Assembly (NCBI GenBank): GCA_032718475.1
Contig: JAUCBJ010000256.1
Coordinates: 1,785 to 65,784, forward strand
Source of the DNA: Nemertoderma westbladi
Taxonomy: Eukaryota > Animalia > Xenacoelomorpha
Direction of reading: 5' to 3'
Length of the DNA: 64,000 bases
The number at the start of each line of letters is the position of its first letter. Position 1 is the first letter of the stretch. Of this stretch, positions 39,540 to 52,926 are shown piece by piece. The notes beneath the pieces were generated by a model. It searched no databases. It was not told where the DNA came from and saw nothing but the letters and a program-made list of their open reading frames with translations. The translations under genes and the position numbers were made by a program.

Positions 39540-41757
39540 ACCATTACAAAGAATTCGGCACCGCAGACATAGGCCTACATGAATTACTGGAACAATAATT
39601 TATATAAGTGAATAATTGTTGTAATTTCTGAACATAATAATGAAATTTCTACCAACACGTTCTTCCTACTAAAAAGGCGTGATATATACCAGCCGTTATA
39701 TAGAAGGCTGATAGGGATTTCGGCACAGTACAAAGAGAAAACGATATCAGTAAATAAATAATTGCCTTACTGTCTCTGAATAAATGCTCAGCATAACAGA
39801 GTGCAAATTACTGATACTCTGCAATGAGGTTTTTATGGATTAGTCTAGACATGTTTAATGACTATGTCTAACTAGTTACGTTAAGTTGAAGGTACAGATA
39901 ATACAAATTTTACATATAATTTAAAAAAAAAATAAAAATTGAGGGGTTAGAATCCCAAACACATTTAAAGGGGAGTAGCACACCCAAATGTAGCCTCACA
40001 TTTCCTAAAATTGGGTGGAAATTATTTTTGGGTCACTAAACATCGTCTGGTTGTTTAAGAATAGCCAAACGTAAAATTGGCCACAAAATGGCCCTGTAAT
40101 GGCCAAGCATGCCTTTTTGCGCCAAAGGCTATTATTTCTCCACCAATATTTGTTGGAATTTGTCGACATTCAGAATATAAGTTCAGAAGACCCTTGCATC
40201 CAATTATTCTTTATTTTTTTTATATGAAAATGGTTTGGGGCCATTTTAGACCAAAAAGGGTCTTTTTGGTTTAAAAATGAATTTGGCATTTCAAGCCAAA
40301 TTTATTCAAGAATTATGGACAAAAGATATTCTGAACAAGTGTTCCAAATTTCAACTCATTTCAGTTAAAATTAGCAGAGAAATTGCCTTTTTTATGAAGA
40401 AAACTTCATTCTGAGATATCGGTGTTTAAATTTTTAGGAACAATTCAAAATAATATCATTTTTTTGTTCCACAATAACTTTGTCAAAAATGAATGAAATT
40501 CAACGAAATTTCTTTTTAGCAATTTTATTGGCCCATGTGAGGGCATGTCATTGGCCCAGACTTTCTGCCGTTATATTTCACTTTGCAGTTACCCCATGTG
40601 AAGAATACCAGGTTTTCACCAAAAATACAGGTTACAGAAGGGCTAAATCTAACCAAAACAATAAACGAATTAGTATACAGGCTGTATGTACAAGTTATAC
40701 AATAAGACAGAAATAAGCACTATAAAACACTTAATAAAGATAAATAAAAATAAATAAAAAATCTTCTTATATAAAATTCCAATAAAATGTCGACCGAAAG
40801 AAAAGTGAAATCCTGATATTCTTCACATGGGCGATTTTATTCATATCTGTTCCATATTTTTTTCGAATTACGGAGGTAATCTCCACAAAAGTTATCGGTT
40901 AAAATTTTATTTAAAATAGCCTTTTTATGAAAATTAATTAAATATAAAAATTCCAACCGATAACTTTTAAAAAACTGCCGAAACCCTTTCGCATCCTTTC
41001 GAGATATAAATAAAATTGGTTAAAAATGGCGGAGGAGAAGTAATTTGAAAAATATAATATTATTATTATTATCATTCCGAGATAATTGCCTTCAAATTTT
41101 AAACCTTCCCGGCAGAACTGAACTTAATCATTTCTGGCATGATAGAAGCACATCACCGGGCTAAAACTTTCATTATAGGGGTTTTCGGGGTCGCTGATAT
41201 CAATTCCAATGTCAATTTTAAGGTTTACTGGAATCTAGTCTGTTTGTCTGTCTGTAGTTGTCTGCCTGTCTTACAATTTGACTGACAGACCATCATATAG
41301 AAAAACGATAACTAACGATAAAGCGATAACTCGAGAACTAAAAGAGGTTTCGCTAAGCGGTTTTCAGAATTGAAATCCTTAAATTAAATTAAATTAAATT
41401 AAATAAAAAACATATTGAATCTTCAATATTTTCATGCATTCTAATATTTTCATTATTTCGACGGTGGGATTCCATTTTTACTCACCGTTATAACCAAACC
41501 GAATACCATATTGGCCAATTAATTGACAAATAACTATCATTTATTAATAACCGTACTAATTAAAACCGAATTACAATGAACCAATAAACAAAATACGGCA
41601 CCGGTAGGCAAGAAAAATATAATTAAATCCATTATAAAATATTTCGTTGGTGTCACTAATAAACAATATATAGGAATATTTTCTAGGTAATGATTAAACG
41701 CACTTCAGTACCATATTCGCATAAAGAAGGAATGAATTTATCCATTGTTCTAGAACA

Positions 41758-42004
41758 TCAACATTCCTCGCTGAAGTGTCTTTCTTTAACCAACGCTCTA
41801 CCAACAGACCCATGTCTGGCTCTATACCGGACGTATAAAGTAGACTTAGGAACTTTAAACTTCCTAGCCGCCGGCATTATTCCCATGTGACCATCCACAA
41901 CAGCTCTTAGTGCCGCCTCTAGCGTCTCCTCTGAATATTGGCGAAAGGGACGTTTTGTACCTTCGATACGCCAGGGAACTCTGTCATGATTAGAACGCTC
42001 GCCT
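41758..42004 (-). CDS. Alternative terminal exon V3 encoding an HTH_psq domain (81 aa + stop)
   Basis: Acceptor TGTTTTATTTGTCTAG|A, phase 2. Encodes RQYSEETLEAALRAVVDGHMGIMPAARKFKVPKSTLYVRYR. AATAAA on the minus strand at 41540-41545. Confidence 0.8.
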
Positions 42005-42944
42005 CTAGACAAATAAAACAGGGAGTCTGTATGACTGTAGAGAGTAGGATATACCAGGAGTCAGACGTAGGACTGAAACCACACATAAATTAGTCTAAAA
42101 GAATTACTAATTACATACTATTTATATTCCCAAAAGTAGAACTGTAACCTGTTATATTGACGGAAAAAGATGTCACTGAACCCTGTTGCTTTCTCTTAAT
42201 TTATAATTACTTAAAATTGAGACGAGATATTAAATAGCTGACACTTGGATTTGGGTGCCCCCCCCCCCCCCCCCCCCCCAAGGTTTCTATACATTCATAT
42301 TACCTCATTGGTTTGTTTAAAACAAATATATAATTAATCATGGAATTTAATTAAATAAACTATTATTACTGTATATATAATAGGCCTAAGATACACCTAA
42401 AAATACTTAAAACAGCAATATAAAACGGACTTTGACATGAATTCCACAATGGTAAAATAAACTATTACTGGCCTGTAAAAAGTTGTAGTTTATAGGACCT
42501 GCCAAATAAATAGGTAAATTATATTGGTGGTCAAATTTATTGGAAAAACCAAATTAACGGTAACTGTGGGTAAGCATATCTTAAATGTGATGTTATTATA
42601 ATTACAAAATTAATATTAAAAGAAAGGGGCGTTCACAAACTGTCACGCAAGCCCAGTCGGAAAGTAATAAGTAAATTACAGGAGAAAATATTTATTAAAT
42701 AATAATATTATTAATAAAGATTTCATAAATTTACGGCAAATACAGCGGAATCATATTTTATTTTATTTAGCAAAATATTAAAAATCAGTAATTAATGTAG
42801 AGTTAATAAGGATAGGTAGGAATATAACCCCCCCCCCACCCCCCCCCCCCCTCCACCCCAAATTGTTCTAAAAATATTAATGAGATTGCATGAAATTTGA
42901 AACAACGATAGTTTCACCTACCTCCTCCTCCTCATCCTCCGTTA

Positions 42945-43535
42945 ATGAATGAGCCAGAATTTATATTTTTGCTTTCAATTTTTAGCTATAAGCGTTTTAA
43001 AAGGTGTCCCCAGTGATATTTCACTAGTTACAGTGAAGTTATTATTCAACCTTATATAGTTATATAGTTATTTGTTGGTACCAATGGAAAGCTGGCCATG
43101 CAAGGATTCCAAAAATGTTAAGACATTTTAATTTGGTTGGGAAATAGCAAAGATATGGGGGCATGCTTCCGCTGCAGGCCTTTTATTCTATTTAATAAAT
43201 ACACAATATTCTGGTGTTTGTCGCATACTGTAAGTAGCTGGGCAACAAAGCAATAGCTCTATAATCAATCATAGTTTTACCTACCTATTAATACATAAAC
43301 AAAATGTTCTAGAATATTGTTCTAGCCTTGCGCAGTATCAAACCAGGCAACTTTCTAACACTTATCTCAGCTACTTTTAAACGACCATCCAGCTTTTTAA
43401 CATAACAGCACCAACAAATCACTTTAAGGTTGAAGAATAACTGCGGTGTAACTGGTGCAATATCGTAGGAGACACCTTTTTTTAAACGCATGTAGCTAAA
43501 AATTGAAAGCCAAAAAATTCTGACTCACCCACCCA
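42945..43535. mobile_element. MITE with about 65-bp imperfect TIRs
   Basis: GCTTTCAATTTTTAGCTATAAGCGTTTTAAAAGGTGTC (42971) is the near reverse complement of GACACCTTTTTTTAAACGCATGTAGCTAAAAATTGAAAGC (43471). The match extends outward through GAGCCAGAAT/ATTCTGACTC; exact ends are approximate. Confidence 0.7.
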
Positions 43536-43883
43536 GGAGTTGCATAAAGCTATCTCTATTTAAATATCATACAATTCCAGTTAGATTTGTAAACATTTCT
43601 TTTGGGTGGGGGGCAGGTCCCAGCACTATATTCCAACACACGGTGTAGTAGGATACAACACAACTACAGGAAAGGATGATTGATGTATTATAATAATAAC
43701 AACTCAATAATCAGTATAAGTTACTTTACTCAATAATTTGATACCAATGTTGAACTTTATGTAAAGTCAACTAGTTTTATAAATAGGAAAAAATTAAAAA
43801 AAGCACATCACATATCAATAAACGAAACACTGAAAACAATTAAAAGTTACGACTGTATGTGAGCAAAACGGCGTAAAAGTTAA

Positions 43884-44205
43884 TTAACTATCTGGATATA
43901 TATCCACACTTTTAGACTCCGGTATTAAATCGTACGTAGTCTCGAGTGATTGGTTGACAGTGACGTCATTAATTTGGTTTTCAGCCGCGGTTCTAATCTC
44001 ACCAGAGACAGCGACGCTTTTAATGTTATCATATAGCGTCGACTTGGGTATATTATACAAAGCCGCGACCTTCCTGACTGGTATACGTTTCCATAGAACA
44101 GCAGTAATGGCCTCCTCCAATGCCTCCTTGGAGTACTGGCGTTGAGAGAAAGTCTTGGTGGAGCGAGTAGACCACCTCCAGTCCGGAAGACTAACATTGG
44201 GTTTC
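43884..44205 (-). CDS. Alternative terminal exon V2 encoding an HTH_psq domain (106 aa + stop)
   Basis: Acceptor ATTATATTTATGTAG|G, phase 2. Encodes RQYSKEALEEAITAVLWKRIPVRKVAALYNIPKSTLYDNIK. Confidence 0.8.
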
Positions 44206-44404
44206 CTACATAAATATAATATCAACCGCTATTGCAATATATATCTATATACATCAATAAATCCATTTTATTCGAAAATATAAATATTATGTAACTCCAT
44301 AGGTAGAAGAGGATGTAGATACTGTAGTAGATAACTTTATATGACGGGTGACTTTATAAGGCGGGTGAGAAATGTTTTTACGACGGGTGAGAATCCAATA
44401 GAGT

Positions 44405-47400
44405 ACAGGTACACCCGGTAAGGTAACCCACACAGGTACACCCGGTAAGGTAACCCACAAAGGTACACACGGTAAGGTAACCCACACAGGTACACCCGAT
44501 AAGGTAACCCACACAGGTACACCCGGTAAGGTAACCCACACAGGTACACCCGGTAAGGTAACCCACACAGGTACACCCGGTAAGGTAACCCACACAGGTA
44601 CACCCGATAAGGTAACTCACACAGATACACCCGGTAAAGGTAACCCACACAGGTACACCCGGTAAAGGTAACACACACAGGTACACCCGGTAAATTAACC
44701 CACATAGGTACACCCGATAAGGTAACCCACACAGGTACACCCGGTAAGGTAACCCACACAGGTACACCCGATAAGGTAACCCACACAGATACACCCGGTA
44801 AAGGTAACCCACACAGGTACACCCGCTAAGGTAACCCACACAGGTACACCCGGTAAAGGCAACCCACACAGTACACCCGGTAAAGTAACCCACACAGGTA
44901 CACCCGGTAAGGTAACCCACACAGGTAAACCCGGTAAGGTAACCCACACATGTACACCCGGTAAGGTAACCCACCCAGGTACACCCGGTAAGGTAACCCA
45001 CACAGGTACACCCGGTAAAGGTAACCCACACAGGTACACCCGTTAAAGTAACCCACACAGGTACATCCGGTAAGGTAACCCACACAGGTACACCCGGTAA
45101 GGTAACCCACACAGGTACACCCGATAAGGTAACCCACACAGGTACACCCGGTAAGGTAACCCACACAGGTACACCCGGTAAGGTAACCCACACAGGTACA
45201 CCCGATAAGGTAACCCACACAGATACACCCGGTAAAGGTAACCCACACAGGTACACCCGCTAAGGTAACCCACACAGGTACACCCGGTAAAGGCAACCCA
45301 CACAGGTACACCCGGTAAAGTAACCCACACAGGTACACCCGGTAAAGGTAACCCACACAGGTACACCCGGTAAGGTAACCCACACAGGTACACCCGGTAA
45401 GGTAACCCACACAGGTACACCCGGTAAGGTAACCCACACAGGTACACCCGGTAAGGTAACCCACACAGGTACACCCGGTAAGGTAACCCACACAGGTACA
45501 CCCGATAAGGTAACTCACACAGATACACCCGGTAAAGGTAACCCACACAGGTACACCCGGTAAGGTAACCCACACAGGTACACCCGATAAGGTAACCCAC
45601 ACAGGTACACCCGGTAAGGTAACCCACACAGGTACACCCGGTAAGGTAACCCACACAGGTACACCCGATAAGGTAACCCACACAGATACACCCGGTAAAG
45701 GTAACCCACACAGGTACACCCGGTAAGGTAAGCCACACAGGTACACCCGGTAAGGTAACCCACACAGGTACACCCGATAAGGTAACCCACACAGGTACAC
45801 CCGGTAAGGTAACCCACACAGGTACACCCGGTAAGGTAACCCACACAGGTACACCCGGTAAGGTAACCCACACAGGTACACCCGATAAGGTAACTCACAC
45901 AGATACACCCGGTAAGGTAACCCACACAGGTACACCCGGTAAGGTAACCCACACAGGTACACCCGGTAAGGTAACCCACACAGGTACACCCGATAAGGTA
46001 ACTCACACAGATACACCCGGTAAAGGTAACCCACACAGGTACACCCGGTAAAGGTAACACACACAGGTACACCCGGTAAATTAACCCACATAGGTACACC
46101 CGATAAGGTAACCCACACAGGTACACCCGGTAAGGTAACCCACACAGGTACACCCGATAAGGTAACCCACACAGATACACCCGGTAAAGGTAACCCACAC
46201 AGGTACACCCGCTAAGGTAACCCACACAGGTACACCCGGTAAAGGCAACCCACACAGTACACCCGGTAAAGTAACCCACACAGGTACACCCGGTAAGGTA
46301 ACCCACACAGGTAAACCCGGTAAGGTAACCCACACATGTACACCCGGTAAGGTAACCCACCCAGGTACACCCGGTAAGGTAACCCACACAGGTACACCCG
46401 GTAAAGGTAACCCACACAGGTACACCCGTTAAAGTAACCCACACAGGTACATCCGGTAAGGTAACCCACACAGGTACACCCGGTAAGGTAACCCACACAG
46501 GTACACCCGATAAGGTAACCCACACAGGTACACCCGGTAAGGTAACCCACACAGGTACACCCGGTAAGGTAACCCACACAGGTACACCCGATAAGGTAAC
46601 CCACACAGATACACCCGGTAAAGGTAACCCACACAGGTACACCCGCTAAGGTAACCCACACAGGTACACCCGGTAAAGGCAACCCACACAGGTACACCCG
46701 GTAAAGTAACCCACACAGGTACACCCGGTAAAGGTAACCCACACAGGTACACCCGGTAAGGTAACCCACACAGGTACACCCGGTAAGGTAACCCACACAG
46801 GTACACCCGGTAAGGTAACCCACACAGGTACACCCGGTAAGGTAACCCACACAGGTACACCCGGTAAGGTAACCCACACAGGTACACCCGATAAGGTAAC
46901 TCACACAGATACACCCGGTAAAGGTAACCCACACAGGTACACCCGGTAAGGTAACCCACACAGGTACACCCGATAAGGTAACCCACACAGGTACACCCGG
47001 TAAGGTAACCCACACAGGTACACCCGGTAAGGTAACCCACACAGGTACACCCGATAAGGTAACCCACACAGATACACCCGGTAAAGGTAACCCACACAGG
47101 TACACCCGGTAAGGTAAGCCACAAAGGTACACACGGTAAGGTAACCCACACAGGTACACCCGATAAGGTAACCCACACAGGTACACCCGGTAAGGTAACC
47201 CACACAGGTACACCCGGTAAGGTAACCCACACAGGTACACCCGGTAAGGTAACCCACACAGGTACACCCGATAAGGTAACTCACACAGATACACCCGGTA
47301 AAGGTAACCCACACAGGTACACCCGGTAAAGGTAACACACACAGGTACACCCGGTAAATTAACCCACATAGGTACACCCGGTAAGGTAACCCACACAGGT

Positions 47401-47544
47401 ACACCCGGTAAGGTGACCCACACAGGTACACCCGATAAGGTAACCCACACAGATACACCCGGTAAAGGTAACCCACACAGGTACACCCGCTAAGGTAACC
47501 CACACAGGTACACCCGGTAAAGGCAACCCACACAGGTACACCCG
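44405..47544. repeat. 27-bp minisatellite array 1
   Basis: Unit GGTAAGGTAACCCACACAGGTACACCC. A higher-order repeat of 1386 bp is visible (identical ORFs at 44695/46081 and 45260/46646). Confidence 0.97.
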
Positions 47545-48798
47545 TGTAAAAGCCTTTGCTGAATTGCCCCGTTATTTTTATTATCTTTTACATTAAAATA
47601 CTCTGTAGTTGATTTAATAAGTGTAAGAGACCGTATTATTGCTGTATCGGTGTTTTTAGAGGATCTAAGATCTATTTCCTCCGTATGTGTACTGTGAAAG
47701 GCATATTTTATGATTCTATGGCAATTCGTGACGCAAAGGGGTGATAGCTACTCTTGAACAGTAGTTACTATGACTACGGTTAACAGCTGACATTCATACG
47801 TGTTGATTTCCTTTGTTCTACGGCGTCTCTCAGTTCAGTCAGCCAATGAGAGCGTTTTTGTGGCTCCTTGTACAGAAAATTTCCGAGAAATGACGCAATG
47901 CCTATGTGCAGTGTTTACATTCAGTCTTGAGCCAAAGAAAGAACGGCTTAGAAGTATTTTGTGCTGTACTGCTTTTTAGTCGTACACTAGTAGGTTTAAT
48001 TATAAAGGGCATATATCCTTTAACAAACTGACTACTGCAATTTAACATACCTGATGACTGCTGACTGATCATACATGCTGACTGCTGAAACATTGCAAAC
48101 TCATAACAATCAGTGTTCAGTTGTTGTTTTATACTGCTATTTGCGGTCAGTTCTTCATAATATGGTTGATGAATTATTATATTTGGAATAACGATAAACA
48201 ACCCCGAAACCCAATGTTCTTGATATACCGAAGGTAAGAGAGAAGGGTTACAGATAAACGATTGTGACTTATGTTAAAGTGGTTTGAAGTGAATCTAATG
48301 TTATTTGATAGACCCTACATGAGTCAGCCTGTGTTCCTTTTATACGTGACTAAAATCAGTGAAGATTGGCAGATTAGTGTGCAGTATTGTGCAGCATTGT
48401 GTATGAGTGAGTCTGTTAAAGAAGCAATTCCTAAAGAATGCGCCATATATGTGGATTATAATTAAGCCATATCGTTGTGAATAGTTTAAGTCATAACTCT
48501 GTTTATGTAGATAAAGCGCCACGTCCTAAAGGAACTGTTAATATTACCGAAGGTGAATAATATTGTCAGAGATTATATAATACTGTCAGTCGAATAATAC
48601 ATTAGGCTTACATAGCAATAAAAATTAAACCGTCGAACCCAATCTCCCGGGAATATCCAGCGGGTGAATGGTCGCGCACGGATTGGTTTCGACTAGTGTA
48701 GTGAATCAAATACTTGTCATAGACTAAAAGCAGATTTATTATCTAGAAGACATTCTAATTTGGCGGGTTAAACTGCCAAAGGTCTGAAAGCGCGAACA

Positions 48799-51208
48799 AC
48801 CCGGTAAAGTAACCCACACAGGTACACCCGGTAAGGTAACCCACACAGGTAAACCCGGTAAGGTAACCCACACATGTACACCCGGTAAGGTAACCCACAC
48901 AGGTACACCCGGTAAGGTAACCCACACAGGTACACCCGGTAAAGGTAACCCACACAGGTACAGCCGTTAAAGTAACCCACACAGGTACATCCGGTAAGGT
49001 AACCCACACAGGTACACCCGGTAAGGTAACCCACACAGGTACACCCGATAAGGTAACCCACACAGGTACTGGTACACCCGGTAAGGTAACCCACACAGGT
49101 ACACCCGGTAAGGTAACCCACACAGGTACACCCGGTAAAGGTAACCCACACAGGTACACCCGGTAAGGTAACCCACACAGGTACACCCGGTAAGGTAACC
49201 CACACAGGTACACCCGGTAAAGGTAACCCACACAGGTACACCCGGTAAGGTAACCCACACAGGTACACCCGGTAAGGTAACCCACACAGGTACACCCGGT
49301 AAGGTAACCCACACAGGTACACCCGATAAGGTAACCCACACAGGTACACCCGGTAAAGGTAACCCACACAGGTACACCCGGTAAGGTAACCCACACAGGT
49401 ACACCCGGTAAGGTAACCCACACGGGTACACCCGGTAAAGGTAACCCACACAGGTACACCCGGTAAGGTAACCCACACAGGTACACCCGGTAAGGTAACC
49501 CACACAGGTACACCCGGTAAAGGTAACCCACACAGGTACACCCGGTAAGGTAACCCACACAGGTACACCCGGTAAGGTAACCCACACAGGTACACCCGGT
49601 AAGGTAACCCACACAGGTACACGCGGTACGGTAACCCACACAGGTACACCCGGTAAGGTAACCCACACAGGTACACCCGATAAGGTAACCCACACAGGTA
49701 CACCCGGTAAGGTAACCCACACAGGTACACCCGGTAAGGTAACCCACACAGGTACACCCGGTAAAGGTAACCCACACAGGTACACCCGGTAAGGTAACCC
49801 ACACAGGTACACCCGGTAAGGTAACCCACACAGGTACACCCGGTAAAGGTAACCCACACAGGTACACCCGATAAGGTAACCCACACAGGTACACCCGGTA
49901 AGGTAACCCACACAGGTACACCCGGTAAGGTAACCCACACAGGTACACCCGATAAGGTAACCCACACAGGTACATCCGGTAAAGGTAACCCACACAGGTA
50001 CACCCGGTAAGGTAACCCACACAGGTACACCCGGTAAGGTAACCCACACAGGTACACCCGGTAAGGTAACCCACACAGGTACACCCGGTAAGGTAACCCA
50101 CACAGGTACACCCGGTAAGGTAACCCACACAGGTACACCCGGTAAAGGTAACCCACACAGGTACACCCGGTAAGGTAACCCACACAGGTACACCCGGTAA
50201 GGTAACCCACACAGGTACACCCGGTAAGGTAACCCACACAGGTACACCCGGTAAGGTAACCCACACAGGTACACCCGGTAACGTAACCCACACTGGTACA
50301 CCCGGTAAGGTAACCCACACAGGTACACCCGGTAAGGTAACCCACACAGGTACACCCGGTAAAGGTAGCCCACAGGTACACCCGGTAAAGGTAACCCACA
50401 CAGGTACACCCGATAAGGTAACCCACACAGGTACACCCGATAAGGTAACCCACACAGGTACACCCGGTAAAGTAACCCACACAGGTACACCCGCTAAAGG
50501 TAACCCACACAGGTACACCCGGTAAGGTAATCCACACAGGTACACCCGATAAGGTAACCCACACAGGTACACCCGGTAAAGGTAACCCACACAGGTACAT
50601 CCGGTAAGGTAACCCACACAGATACACCCGGTAAGGTAACCCACACAGGTACACCCGGTAACCCACACAGGTACACCCGATAAGGTAACCCACACAGGTA
50701 CACCCGGTAAGGTAACCCACACAGGTACACCCGGTAAGGTAACCCACACAGGTACACCCGGTAAGGTAACCCACACAGGTACACCCGGTAAGGTAACCCA
50801 CACAGGTACACCCGGTAAAGTAACCCACACAGGTACACCTGGTAAGGTAACCCACACAGATACACCCGGTAAGGTAACCCACACAGGTACACCCGGTAAC
50901 CCACACAGGTACACCCGGTAAGGTAACCCACACAGGTACACCCGGTAAGGTAACCCACACAGGTACACCCGATAAGGTAACCCACACAGGTACACCTGGT
51001 AAGGTAACCCACACAGGTACACCCGGTAACCCACACAGGTACACCCGGTAACCCACACAGGTACACCCGGTAACCCACACAGGTACACCCGGTAACCCAC
51101 ACAGGTACACCCGGTAAGGTAACCCACACAGGTACACCGGGTAAAGTAACCCACACAGGTACACCCGGTAAGGTAACCCACACAGATACACCCGGTAAAG
51201 GTAACCCA
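48799..51208. repeat. 27-bp minisatellite array 2 (same family and orientation as array 1)
   Basis: Same unit, with 22-bp deletion variants near 50650-51110. Confidence 0.97.
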
Positions 51209-51519
51209 ACACGAGACCGACTGGGGACCTCCGGACAAATGTTTAGCTCCTCCTGCTAAACAAGTCTAATCAAAATAATCACAAACTATTTTTATCAGAT
51301 AAAATAAAAACCTCATAGCAAATCGATTATTTAACTAATGTGAAAACATTCAAAAATAGTTTAAAATTGAATATAATAGCCGATTAAAGTAAAGGAACGT
51401 CAGTATTCGGTAAATTGCAGAAGTCAGTAATCCTAATCAAAACAGTAAACTATAGTAAATAAAGCAAATAGTTTAATAAGCGATCATTATGTGGTTTCGT
51501 ACAGTTTTTATTACCAATT

Positions 51520-51740
51520 ACCCCGGACGCGGCTTGCGGCTTATCAAAAAAAATTGCGCCGCCACAACTCCCTATCACCCATGACATTTGCTAGATCATC
51601 CGCATCTTCAAGGCCAGTGTCATTTAAAAGGCGTCTCATGAAAGTCATCGAATGTCCACCATGCTTATTCACTCCGTGAGGCTGAATAAGCATACGATCG
51701 TGTATGGTTAAAGCAATGTCCTGCTCCCGCAATGCGGCGG
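51520..51740 (-). mobile_element. Degenerate 3'-end fragment of an RTE/RTEX-type LINE
   Basis: IQPHGVNKHGGHSMTFMRRLLNDTGLEDADDLANVMGDRELWR matches the RTEX C-terminal pattern seen at 28890-29030 (WQPTHGKRSRGRP...DTELGRNEIATTMENREAWK). Confidence 0.6.
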
Positions 51741-52694
51741 CTAGTAATTTAATGTTTAATATTTAATTTCGTAAGAAATTTAGCCTTTTAAAGAGAATAC
51801 AGTGCGAAGCGTTTAAAAATTTAAAAGATAAAATTTTTTTAATATTTTTTTGATGTAATATCAAAGAAGTATCCAAAAATACAGTAATTTAAAATTTATT
51901 CAGTATTATATTATATATATATATATTATATATTATATTCAGTATATAGAGTATTATACCTTATCATGTGATTGTTTTGGTCTGTGAAATTAGAATTTCA
52001 GTTATTTCTCTTCACGGTAAATTCTTTATCATAGAGTGTTACACATATCGTTTCAATTGTATACAGTACATACACTTAACTAATTATTTACGCGATACCG
52101 TTTTTCACCATTTTTGTAGTGGGAAGAGCTTTTACACCGCCGTGTATATAAAGTATAAGGGTAATAGGAATACAACAAAATAACAATATTATTAATAATA
52201 TTATGATTTTATAGGGCACCTTCTTCAAGTTACTTTATCAAAAAGCAATACAGAATTAAAAATAAAACGACGAAAGTGAAACATTAAGAAGGCCGCGCCC
52301 AGGTCACCTGGGTAATCATAATGGAGTGCGGAAGATGGTTTTTTTCAGGTGAATCAGCTTACAGGCCTCTTTATCAATGAATTTTTAGTGTAAACACGTA
52401 AAACCAACGAACCCACAATAACAGATCAGTACCGGTAAGGCCTGACATATGATTTTTATAGTATATTAACATTTTTGTTATTTTACGTGTTTAACCTAAT
52501 ACCTATCATCCATTGATAAAGGCATGTAAACTGAATTATTTCGTAATAACCTTCCTTAACTTTGTTTCACCTGAAAAAATCTCATCCCCCCCACCCCGTT
52601 ATAAAAGTTAAACAATTAAATATCTGTTATATTAAACAGAACCAGTTTCATTACTACAAGTTCAGGGGGGTCTCTCTCTCCAGGTATTTAACTG

Positions 52695-52926
52695 TCAGTT
52701 AATTGGTTCGCTATTAATGACGTCAGTAGTAAGTTTAAAATAAGCACTGTAAGCATGCCGTCTAAGTGTTGTCCTCGGAATGTTGTAGGCTATAGCAGCT
52801 CGTCTCTCTGGCATACGTTTCATAAGAACAACACTAACAGCTTCCTCTAAGGCCTCTTTGGAATATAAAGAATTCCGACGTCTCGTCTTTATAAACCCAA
52901 CATTATCAACAACATCAGCAGCATTC
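52695..52926 (-). CDS. Alternative terminal exon V1 encoding an HTH_psq domain (76 aa + stop)
   Basis: Not in the ORF track. Acceptor GTTGTATTTGTTAG|G, phase 2. Manual translation: NAADVVDNVGFIKTRRRNSLYSKEALEEAVSVVLMKRMPERRAAIAYNIPRTTLRRHAYSAYFKLTTDVINSEPIN*. Confidence 0.78.

Noticed and set aside
39965-41400. Kolobok-like DNA transposon starting TTAA-AGGGGAGTAGCAC
   Set aside because: No matching right TIR or TSD was found, so boundaries cannot be supported.
44287-51238. Long minus-strand ORFs (PGVPVWVTL, GCTCVGYLT, YRVYLCGLP)
   Set aside because: All three frames are open because of the 27-bp unit, and frequent 1-nt indels switch frames; these are repeat artefacts.
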